Assembly (NCBI GenBank): GCA_031422435.1
Contig: JANPLU010000033.1
Span: 1 to 64,000, forward strand
Length of the DNA stretch: 64,000 nt
Direction of reading: 5' to 3'
Source: Acaryochloridaceae cyanobacterium VAR_48_metabat_390
GTDB lineage: Bacteria; Cyanobacteriota; Cyanobacteriia; Thermosynechococcales; Thermosynechococcaceae
Below the pieces are notes generated by a model, which did not search any database, had not been told where the DNA came from, and saw only the letters and a program-made list of their open reading frames with translations. The position numbers and the translations under genes were made by a program. Below are positions 22,301-30,505 of this stretch, piece by piece (position 1 is the first letter of the stretch; each line of letters begins with the position of its first letter).

Positions 22301-22972
22301 TTACCCTATCACCAGCCCATCTTTGACGTGAATCGTGCGCTGCGTTTTAGCGGCAATGTCCGGCTCGTGGGTCACAATCACAATCGTAATGCCCTGACAG
22401 TTTAACTCCCCCAGCAGGCTCATTACCTCTTCTGAAGTTTCGGTATCTAAGGCTCCAGTAGGTTCATCAGCAAGGACAAGCGCCGGACGGTTGACAAGGG
22501 CACGGGCGATCGCCACGCGCTGCTGCTGGCCCCCAGAAAGCTGATTAGGGCGATTGAACAGCCGCTCCGTCAAGCCCACTCGCGTGAGAGCCTCCTCGGC
22601 ACGGGCACGACGCTGGGGCTTAGGGATGCCTGCATAGACCATCGGCAGCATCACGTTATCTAGGGCAGTTGAGCGGTTGAGTAAATTAAACTGCTGAAAC
22701 ACAAAGCCAATGCGCTGATTACGGATGTAGGCCAACTCGTCATTATTGAGAGTGGTCAAACTGCGGCCTTCTAAGATGTAGTGTCCATCCGTAGGACGAT
22801 CCAAGCAGCCCAAAATGTTCATCAAGGTTGATTTACCAGAGCCAGAGACACCCATAATGGCAACGTATTCACCTTCTTCAATGGCGAGGTCAATCCCTTT
22901 GAGAACGGGCACGTCTACCTCGCCTAGGCGATAGGTCTTGATGATGTCCTCCATCCAAATCATGTTTACCAT
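22301..22972 (-). CDS. ABC transporter ATP-binding protein (MacB/LolD type)
   Basis: [37 protein letters not shown]; start moved to ATG 22972 to avoid overlap with the permease. Confidence 0.95.
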   Translation of the reverse strand: MVNMIWMEDIIKTYRLGEVDVPVLKGIDLAIEEGEYVAIMGVSGSGKSTLMNILGCLDRPTDGHYILEGRSLTTLNNDELAYIRNQRIGFVFQQFNLLNRSTALDNVMLPMVYAGIPKPQRRARAEEALTRVGLTERLFNRPNQLSGGQQQRVAIARALVNRPALVLADEPTGALDTETSEEVMSLLGELNCQGITIVIVTHEPDIAAKTQRTIHVKDGLVIG

Positions 22973-22977
22973 GATGG

Positions 22978-24240
22978 CTAATCGCTCCGTAAGGCCGTAA
23001 TGGGGTCCAATTGAGAGGCATTGCGAGCCGGAATCACCCCCGCGACTAAGCCCACGACTAAAGCCAAAGCTAGTCCCGCAAAGATAGACCATAGAGAAAT
23101 TACAAAGGGAAATTTAAACGAGATTGAGGCTACAAACGCCAAACTGACTCCCATTGCCACGCCAATAGCACCACCCGCCAAAGACACCATGATGGCTTCT
23201 GCCAAAAACTGGCTTAAAACGGCGCTGTTGGTCGCCCCAATCGCCTTACGAATACCAATTTCGCGGGTGCGCTCTACTACCGAAACCAGCATGATATTGG
23301 CAATGCCGATGCCGCCCACGACCAAAGAGATTCCGGCGATCGCACTCACCAAAACCGTGAACAGCCCCACCACGCTGCTAAAGGTGTTGATAATATCAAT
23401 CTGACTGCTGATGCGAAAGTCATCAGGATTCGGCGGAAAAATACCGTGGCGAATCCGCAGCACGTTTGTTACCTGAAACTGAGCGGCCTCAAGCTGAGAC
23501 TGATCTGCCGCCTTAATCCAGAATCCGCTAATGGCGGTGCCATTGAGAGAAGCATTTCCCACAATTTGGGCTGACATGGTGGTGAGCGGTACATAGACGC
23601 GGTCATCCTGATCCTGTCCGCCGACAGAACCCTTGGGTTCCATCACCCCCACCACGCGATAGCGTCCAGCCTGAATCCGGACGCTTTTCCCAATGGGGGT
23701 TTCTCCCGCTGCAAACAAATCGTCTTTTACCTTGCTGCCCAGGATTGTGACAGGCTCAGCATTGTTGAGATCGTCCTGAGTAAAAAACTGCCCTTCTTTC
23801 GGCTTAATTTCTTTTACGTCAGAGTAGCTCAAATCCACACCCAAAATGGAGGTAGAGCTGTTTTGCTCTTCATAAACCACCTGTCCACCCCGCTGCAAAA
23901 AGGCCGTCACAGCCTCTGCTGCTGGAGACTGCTGGGCGATCGCCTGAGCATCTTCCCACGTCAAGGTGGTGGCAGACCCAGACCCTTGGCTAATGCCACC
24001 CGAACGCGCTGCGCCCGATATCACCAGCATAACGTTGGTCCCCAACGCCTGAATTTGCTGTTCGGTGCCTTTCTGTACACCCTGTCCTACAGACGTCACC
24101 ATGATGACCGAGGCAATGCCAATGATGACCCCCAGCATGGTGAGGCTAGTGCGAAGGCGATTGCTCCAAAGAGCCTCCACGGCCATAGTCACAATTTCTA
24201 AAAATGAAATTTTAATGGTGCGAATGCGCTGGGTTTTCAT
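22978..24240 (-). CDS. ABC transporter permease (MacB/FtsX type)
   Basis: LRTSLTMLGVIIGIASV, SLVVGGIGIANIMLVSVVERTREIGIRKAIGA, LDPITALR. Confidence 0.95.
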   Translation of the reverse strand: MKTQRIRTIKISFLEIVTMAVEALWSNRLRTSLTMLGVIIGIASVIMVTSVGQGVQKGTEQQIQALGTNVMLVISGAARSGGISQGSGSATTLTWEDAQAIAQQSPAAEAVTAFLQRGGQVVYEEQNSSTSILGVDLSYSDVKEIKPKEGQFFTQDDLNNAEPVTILGSKVKDDLFAAGETPIGKSVRIQAGRYRVVGVMEPKGSVGGQDQDDRVYVPLTTMSAQIVGNASLNGTAISGFWIKAADQSQLEAAQFQVTNVLRIRHGIFPPNPDDFRISSQIDIINTFSSVVGLFTVLVSAIAGISLVVGGIGIANIMLVSVVERTREIGIRKAIGATNSAVLSQFLAEAIMVSLAGGAIGVAMGVSLAFVASISFKFPFVISLWSIFAGLALALVVGLVAGVIPARNASQLDPITALRSD

Positions 24241-25793
24241 TAAAGTCCACCGCCCCTTCGCCTACCGCCACCGCCGCCACCACTGTCTAACCCAGGAATT
24301 ACTGAAGGGGTGCGAGAGACGGGACGTTCCCCTTGGGGAAAGTTGAGAAGAACGCGATCGCCAACCGATAATCCAGAAGTGACCACGGTTTTGCCTTCAA
24401 CACTGACCCCTGTGACAATCGGCGTAAGACTAGAGCGATAACGATTGCTTTTACCGCTCCGCTCACGACCACCACTGCCAGCAAGATACACCCCAGTGCC
24501 CTCAGCCTGCCGCACAATTGCCACAGTGGGCACCACCAGCGCATTTTTAAGAGTGCCGATATTAAATTTGGTATTAACGTTCATGCCCGATCGCAGCAGG
24601 TTTTGCGGATCGACTACCGAGGTTTGAACCTGAAAGTTCGTGACGTTTTGATCAACCGTTGACTGGGTGGCAACCTGGGTCACAATGCCCTTAAAAAACT
24701 TGCCGGAATAGGCATCGGCCTCGATGGTGACAGGTAGCCCTACCTTTATTTTAGGAATGCTGGTTTCGGGTACTTTTACCACCACTTCATTATTGGAGGC
24801 GACGGACAAAATTGAAGAGGACGTTGCCGAAGAAATGGTGCTGCCAGAGGTGGTTGGCGTTACGAAGGAGCCAGGGTCAGCAAACTTACGGGTGACAGTG
24901 CCACTAAAAGGGGCGCGAATGACCGTATCGTTAATCTGCGTTTGGATGGTTTTGAGAGCGCCTTCGCTATTCAAAATCTGAGCGCGAGCGGCTTCAATAT
25001 CTTCAGAACGCGCCCCTGCCGCCTGAAGACTGAGCGCCTGTTTAGCCTGCTCAACTTGAGCGCGGGCTGCGGCAATATCTTCAGGGCGAGAGCCAGATCG
25101 CTGCAGGCTAAACGCCTGCCGATTTTGCTCAACTTGGGCACGAGCCGTATCAAACGTTGCGCGGGAGGTATCCAAGTCTCTTAGGGCGATCGCCCCTGCG
25201 GTATAAAGCTGCTGATTTTGACGATAAGTCACTTCTGCCTGTCGCAGCGTCGCCTGGGCAGAACTAAGCTGCGCCTGGGATTGAGCCACATCTTGAAAAC
25301 GATTGCCTGCCAAAAGCTTAGTTAAATTGGCTTGGGCAGAACTAAGCTGCGCCTTCGCCTGCGCCACCTCTTGAGGGCGATTGCCAGCCAGCAATTTATT
25401 CAAAGCCGCTTGCGAAGATGAGATCTGTGCCTGCGCCTGAACAAACTGTCCCTGAAAATTAGAGTCATCCATATAGGCCAGAATTTGGCCTTTCTCAACG
25501 CGATCGCCCTCTTTAACCAAAAGCTGTTTCAAAACGCCAGAATTTTTAGGGCTGACATTAACAGACTTATCAGGCTGTACGGTGCCGTTGGCCGTAATGG
25601 TAACGGGTAAATCTAACTTCTGTACAGTTGCCGCCTGAATTTTGCGACTGGCTTCTTGACGCTGAGCCGTCGAGATTTGGCTATAGACAACATAGCCTGC
25701 GATCGCCAATAGCCCTAGGCAGACAAATCCGATCACCCCTTTGGGAAGACGGGAAAGCTCAACCCCTTTAAGCTTAGTCCAGTGAAGTGCCAA
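24240..25793 (-). CDS. Efflux periplasmic adaptor subunit (MacA/HlyD family)
   Basis: N-terminal TM, lipoyl halves VKEGDRVEKGQ / IRAPFSG, long coiled coil with repeated LLAGNR motif. Confidence 0.92.
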   Translation of the reverse strand: MALHWTKLKGVELSRLPKGVIGFVCLGLLAIAGYVVYSQISTAQRQEASRKIQAATVQKLDLPVTITANGTVQPDKSVNVSPKNSGVLKQLLVKEGDRVEKGQILAYMDDSNFQGQFVQAQAQISSSQAALNKLLAGNRPQEVAQAKAQLSSAQANLTKLLAGNRFQDVAQSQAQLSSAQATLRQAEVTYRQNQQLYTAGAIALRDLDTSRATFDTARAQVEQNRQAFSLQRSGSRPEDIAAARAQVEQAKQALSLQAAGARSEDIEAARAQILNSEGALKTIQTQINDTVIRAPFSGTVTRKFADPGSFVTPTTSGSTISSATSSSILSVASNNEVVVKVPETSIPKIKVGLPVTIEADAYSGKFFKGIVTQVATQSTVDQNVTNFQVQTSVVDPQNLLRSGMNVNTKFNIGTLKNALVVPTVAIVRQAEGTGVYLAGSGGRERSGKSNRYRSSLTPIVTGVSVEGKTVVTSGLSVGDRVLLNFPQGERPVSRTPSVIPGLDSGGGGGGRRRGGGL

Positions 25794-25831
25794 TCAAAAT
25801 CCTCCAAACCCAATCTGTCGAAGGCATAGAA

Positions 25832-25940
25832 TAAATCTCTTGCACGAATATGCCTCTTTCCCTTAGCCCCCGTGGGAGAAGGGTAACGCCTTTGGCGATA
25901 AGAAAGGAATGAGAGGAGTAGGATTAATGCCAGAGGTCTA
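25832..25940. repeat. Degenerate inverted-repeat-bounded element (MITE relic)
   Basis: TAAATCTCTTGCA ... TGCCAGAGGTCTA (10/13 inverted match) enclosing a decayed CCCTTAGCCCC..GGGAGAAGGG hairpin. Confidence 0.5.
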
Positions 25941-26264
25941 ATATATTGCCGAAGCGCTGCGGCTTCCTGTACTCAAATCATAGAAACAAAATATCGAATC
26001 AGCATGGATCAAAGTTCCTAGATAGGCGTAGTACTAAAGCTCTAATTGAGCGAGAAGACACTATCGATGGATTGTCATTGCTGAGAGATCGTAAATATAA
26101 ATCCCGTTTGTATAGAACGAGTCTTGACTCAGGAGACTGAACAGATGACGATGCAACTGAATCAAAGATTTTTTAAGATCTGTCTTTCTATCTCTCCTCC
26201 ACTTCAAATTTTTGTCTTATGAGCTTCACAGTAACTTGTGTCAGGCAGACAGCACCCTTCAATC

Positions 26265-29200
26265 ATGAAAATTCTTCAAACTCAAACCCTCCGAGGACCC
26301 AACTACTGGAGCGCTCGCCACTCCAAACTCATTCTGGTGCGACTGGATTTAGAAGGGTTAGCCGATAAACCTTCAAGCGCCCTGTCTGGATTCTATGACG
26401 GGATTGCGGCAATATTACCCAGCCTTGAGGCACATATCTGCGCGCCAGGATGTCGCGGTGGCTTTCTGAGCCGCGTGCAGGAAGGCACCCTAATGGGACA
26501 CATTTTCGAGCGCGTGGCGCTGGAACTTCAGACCTTAACCGATATGTCCGTGGGGTTTGGCTGCACCCGCGAGACCACAACACCAGGCATTTTCCATGTT
26601 GTCATTGAATATGAAGCTGAGACGGCGGGTCGCTATGCCACCAGAGCGGCACTCCGTCTGTGCCAAAGCATTGTAGATACAGGCACTTACTCTAAAGCCG
26701 AGCTAAGCAAAGATTTAGATGACTTGGCTCGGCGGCGCCGCCGAGCTACTTTGGGCGCAAGCACTGAGGCGTTGGTACGGGAAGCAGAAAATCGCAGCAT
26801 TCCCTGGACACACTTAAAAAGTAGCGACCTATTTCAGTTGGGCTACGGCAAATATCAAAAACGGGTTCAGGCTGCACTAACCTCCCACAGCAGTGTCCTG
26901 GGAGTGGAGGTAGCCTGCCATAAGCAACAAACCAAAACGCTTTTAAAAAGTATGGGAGTACCCGTCCCATTAGGGATAGTGGTCTACGCCTTCAGAGATT
27001 TAGAAAAGGCGATTGACCAACTGGGCGGCTATCCCATTGTCATTAAGCCTTTAGATGGCAATCACGGTCGAGGCATTACTATCAATATCCAGTCTTGGAA
27101 ACAGACCAAAATTGCCTATGATTGCGCCCGTGACATTTCTAATGGCGTGATTGTCGAACATTTCTATCAGGGGCGAGATCACCGAATTTTGGTGGTCAAC
27201 CATAAAGTTGTCGCAGTGGCGGAGCGGGTACCTGCTCATGTGGTCGGTGATGGACATTCAACCATCGCACAGCTCGTTGAGCAAGAAAACCAAGATGACC
27301 GTCGGGGCGAGGGTCACGATAATGTACTGACCCATATAGAGCTGGATAATGCAACGGATGAAACGTTAAGAAGTCAAGGCCACACCCTCAATACTATTTT
27401 GCCGCCAGCCCAAATCTGCTACCTCCGAGCAACCGCCAATCTGAGTACAGGCGGGATCGCCATCGACCGCACAGACGAAATCCATCCAGAGACCGTGTGG
27501 CTAGCGGAACGCGTATCTCGCATTATTGACCTGGACGTAGCGGGCATTGATGTGATTACAACCGATATTACTAAGCCCCTCACCGAGGCGGATGGCGTAA
27601 TTGTAGAAGTGAATGCAGCCCCAGGGTTGCGGATGCATATAGCGCCTAGTCAAGGAGTAGGACGCAACGTGGCGGCACCCATTATGGATATGCTGTTTCC
27701 ACCTGGAACGCCAACACAAATCCCAATTGTGGCGGTGGCAGGTACGAATGGCAAAGCAGCGCCCACAACCCTCATCGCCCATATTTTTAGTCAGGTTTAT
27801 AAAGAGGTAGGCTTTACAACCTCTGATGGAATTTATATCGGCGATCGCCCTCTTAAAACCATCAACCCTTCAACTTCTCAACACGCCCAGGTTATTCTGC
27901 AAGATCCAACCGTAGAGATTGCGGTTTTAGAAACAACGCAGGATGAGATTTTACAGTCAGGTCTAGCCTTTGAGCACTGTGATGTGGGCGTGGTTTTGAA
28001 TGTAGCGGCAGATCAGTTGGGGTTAACGAACCTCAACATCATCAACCCACTCACCCGAGTAAATGCGGTCATCGCTGAGACGGTACACCCTAATGGCTAC
28101 GCCGTACTCAATGCGGATGACCCACAGGTTGCAGCAATGGCTAGACAGGTGGGGGGAAAAGTCGCTTATTTTTCAATGAATTCAGAGAATCTGGTGGTGC
28201 GATCGCACATTCAGCGAGGAGGCATTGCCGCAGTCTACGAAAAGGGACACCTGTGCATCTTGCAAGAAGACTGGGTTTATCAGATTGAGCATGTTGCGCA
28301 AATCCCCAACGCATTGGGTGGCTGCACACCTTATCTTATTGCCAATGCCCTCGCAGCAAGCCTAACAGCCTTTGTTTTAGGGGTAAAAGTAGAGCAGATT
28401 CGGTCGGCACTGCGCAGCTACACCACCTCAGCTTGGCAAACCGTAGGGCAAACCACTTTATTCAACCTTAATTACTATGACTGCGAGCGAATTAAGCCGT
28501 ATTTAGACCTCAAAGACGAAACGATTCCAACTCAAGGAGAACTAAAGCTCAGTCCGTCGCCTGTATTGATCCATTCCAATTCGCTGCCGCCTCTTGCTGC
28601 CTCTATGGAGCTTGAGAGCGCGTTGCGGCATACAAGCCAAACGCATGAAATCCCTCAGGAGCATTCGCTACACGAGAGGGTGCTAGCAGCAGTAGGTTCA
28701 CATTCTGCAGCGGCTGTCTTAAACGGGAGTAGAGCGTTTGATACTCCAAGAATTGAGCCAAAACCGACTGAACCAGCCCATCACGTTCATCACAAGAAAA
28801 ACACTCACGCTGAGCCATCACAGTCCAAAAAGGTCTTTGCTAAGTCCAAACCGCGCAGCTTTAAGGCATGGGTCGCCGAGGTTGTTTCCAACGTGGTGCA
28901 GAAGACTGTTAAAGAGGCTTTTAACTTAGGGGAAGTAGTGGGTACTACTGCGATCGCCGTTAGTCGCGTAGCGGCAGAGATGGCACTTGAGAAAAGCAAA
29001 GAACTAGCGAAAACCGTCTGGAAAAAATTCCAAACAGCGACTCAGCTAGTCGATTCAGCCACCCTCGACCCAGCACTTCAGGATGTTATGGTTCTGTGGG
29101 GCAAAGATGGGCGATTTGTAAACGAACTGTTCATCTTTCAACAAACCTATACAGGCGTCGACGTTTATCTCAAGAATGGTACCCCTGTTTATATAGATGG

Positions 29201-29297
29201 AAAGTTAAATTCCCGTATAGATGGTCGCTTCAGTTTTGCGTTAAGCCAGATTCCTGAGAATATCGCCAAGGTCAAAGAACATCCTCATTATCCGTAA
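26265..29297 (+). CDS. Atypical cyanophycin synthetase paralog: intact ATP-grasp domain, degenerate N- and M-domain motifs, unrelated C-terminal region
   Basis: Colinear with downstream CphA for about 735 aa (KPLDGNHGRG, RATANLSTGG, VEVNAAPG identical), but HILEH>HIFER, GTNGKTTT>GTNGKAAP, ETARGG>ETTQDE, DHLG>DQLG, PGRMN>VGQTT; no DYAHNP lid; ATG at 26265 aligns with the CphA start. Confidence 0.88.
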   Translation: MKILQTQTLRGPNYWSARHSKLILVRLDLEGLADKPSSALSGFYDGIAAILPSLEAHICAPGCRGGFLSRVQEGTLMGHIFERVALELQTLTDMSVGFGCTRETTTPGIFHVVIEYEAETAGRYATRAALRLCQSIVDTGTYSKAELSKDLDDLARRRRRATLGASTEALVREAENRSIPWTHLKSSDLFQLGYGKYQKRVQAALTSHSSVLGVEVACHKQQTKTLLKSMGVPVPLGIVVYAFRDLEKAIDQLGGYPIVIKPLDGNHGRGITINIQSWKQTKIAYDCARDISNGVIVEHFYQGRDHRILVVNHKVVAVAERVPAHVVGDGHSTIAQLVEQENQDDRRGEGHDNVLTHIELDNATDETLRSQGHTLNTILPPAQICYLRATANLSTGGIAIDRTDEIHPETVWLAERVSRIIDLDVAGIDVITTDITKPLTEADGVIVEVNAAPGLRMHIAPSQGVGRNVAAPIMDMLFPPGTPTQIPIVAVAGTNGKAAPTTLIAHIFSQVYKEVGFTTSDGIYIGDRPLKTINPSTSQHAQVILQDPTVEIAVLETTQDEILQSGLAFEHCDVGVVLNVAADQLGLTNLNIINPLTRVNAVIAETVHPNGYAVLNADDPQVAAMARQVGGKVAYFSMNSENLVVRSHIQRGGIAAVYEKGHLCILQEDWVYQIEHVAQIPNALGGCTPYLIANALAASLTAFVLGVKVEQIRSALRSYTTSAWQTVGQTTLFNLNYYDCERIKPYLDLKDETIPTQGELKLSPSPVLIHSNSLPPLAASMELESALRHTSQTHEIPQEHSLHERVLAAVGSHSAAAVLNGSRAFDTPRIEPKPTEPAHHVHHKKNTHAEPSQSKKVFAKSKPRSFKAWVAEVVSNVVQKTVKEAFNLGEVVGTTAIAVSRVAAEMALEKSKELAKTVWKKFQTATQLVDSATLDPALQDVMVLWGKDGRFVNELFIFQQTYTGVDVYLKNGTPVYIDGKLNSRIDGRFSFALSQIPENIAKVKEHPHYP

Positions 29298-29343
29298 GGA
29301 AAAATTGAGCTAATACTGCGATAGAGAATCCTAGATTTGTTGG

Positions 29344-29379
29344 CAAAACCTGCCTCCACAAAACCTGCCCCCACAAAAC
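29344..29379 (+). repeat. Short tandem direct repeat upstream of cphB
   Basis: CAAAACCTGCC(T/C)CCA twice plus a partial third copy. Confidence 0.6.
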
Positions 29380-29454
29380 ATTGTCTTTGTAGACTCAATT
29401 AAACTTGGGCTTTGCTTCAGCACAGTGATATTATGCAGCTCTTAGGATTATTTT

Positions 29455-30309
29455 ATGCCTGAGGTAAAACCTCTCCTAGCGCAACAGTTTATGGCAATTT
29501 CAACCCAGTATCCAGTAATGGTTATTGGTGGAGCAGAAGACAAAGTCAACGGGTGCAGTATATTAACCGCTTTCTTTCAAAGTGCTGGTGGGGCGTTGGC
29601 GAAAATCGGCATCATCCCCTGCGCTTCGCAAGAACCCAGTGTCGTTGGTGATCGCTACTACCAGATCTTTGAGAACATGGGCGCTCAAAAAGTTCAGGTG
29701 CTTGATATTCGGCAGCCTCAAGAGTGTGATACAGAGGGCTGGCTCAATATCTTGGCAGACTGCACCGGTATTTTTGTCACCGGAGGCGATCAGGTGCGCC
29801 TATGTGACCTGATTGGCGGCAGCAAATTTATCGACTCTATTAAAACCAGGGTTAAGCTTGGCACTCTCGTATTGGCAGGCACCAGCGCGGGTGCTGCCAT
29901 CATGGGTGAAAAGATGATTGCAGGCGGCAGCAGCGGAGAATCGCCCAACCAGCTATTGGTAGACCTGATGGACGGTTTAGGGATTTTTCCTGAACTGCTC
30001 GTCGATCAGCATTTTCATAATCGCAATCGCATGGCTCGACTGATGAGTGCGATCGCCGCCCATCCAGAAAAACTCGGCATGGGTATTGATGAAGATACCT
30101 GTGCCGCGTTTGAAAAAGATGGAACCTTTGAAGTGATTGGCAAAGGAACGATTACCATCATTGATCCCGGCAGTTTGACCCATACGAACCATCCTGAAGT
30201 TGCCGATCTCTCCCCCATCAGCCTGCATAACCTGACCGTACATGTGTTGAGCCAGGGCGATCGCTATCACTATCAACGCCGAAAGGTCTTGTCGCCCACT
30301 GAATCCTAG
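29455..30309 (+). CDS. cphB: Cyanophycinase
   Basis: IGGAEDK, TGGDQ, GTSAG (Ser), DQHFHNRNRMARL (His), GIDEDT (Glu); directly upstream of cphA. Confidence 0.97.
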   Translation: MPEVKPLLAQQFMAISTQYPVMVIGGAEDKVNGCSILTAFFQSAGGALAKIGIIPCASQEPSVVGDRYYQIFENMGAQKVQVLDIRQPQECDTEGWLNILADCTGIFVTGGDQVRLCDLIGGSKFIDSIKTRVKLGTLVLAGTSAGAAIMGEKMIAGGSSGESPNQLLVDLMDGLGIFPELLVDQHFHNRNRMARLMSAIAAHPEKLGMGIDEDTCAAFEKDGTFEVIGKGTITIIDPGSLTHTNHPEVADLSPISLHNLTVHVLSQGDRYHYQRRKVLSPTES

Positions 30310-30361
30310 AGACTGAGCAACCCTCACGATTACCAGCATTGACGTCTGCCAATTCATGTCA

Positions 30362-30377
30362 TGTAGCCATTAATACA
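30362..30377 (+). promoter_or_regulatory. Putative NtcA-binding site upstream of cphA
   Basis: TGTA-GCCATTAA-TACA is a perfect extended GTA-N8-TAC consensus, about 130 nt upstream of the cphA ATG. Confidence 0.7.
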
Positions 30378-30505
30378 GAACTAGGCATTCACTTTGAAAT
30401 TAATTAAGGTTTAAACCTCAAGCTGCTCAAAGCAACGTTGGACTCTCTAGACCTCGGCTTTGTCTTAAGCATCCTGTGAAACTCGCAGAGACTATCTCTA
30501 CCTTT

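Noticed and set aside
25250..25400. Direct repeat GGGCAGAACTAAGCTGCGCC inside the adaptor gene
   Set aside because: Internal coiled-coil duplication (AQLSSAQA), common in these adaptor proteins
25946..26140. 64-aa ORF upstream of the cphA paralog
   Set aside because: TTG start, no clear RBS, no motifs; more likely promoter or UTR sequence
26265..29297. Calling the first cphA copy an assembly duplicate, a plain pseudogene or canonical cphA2
   Set aside because: It differs from cphA at many synonymous sites throughout, has no stops or frameshifts, retains most of the M-domain core, and is far closer to the adjacent CphA1 than CphA2 proteins usually are
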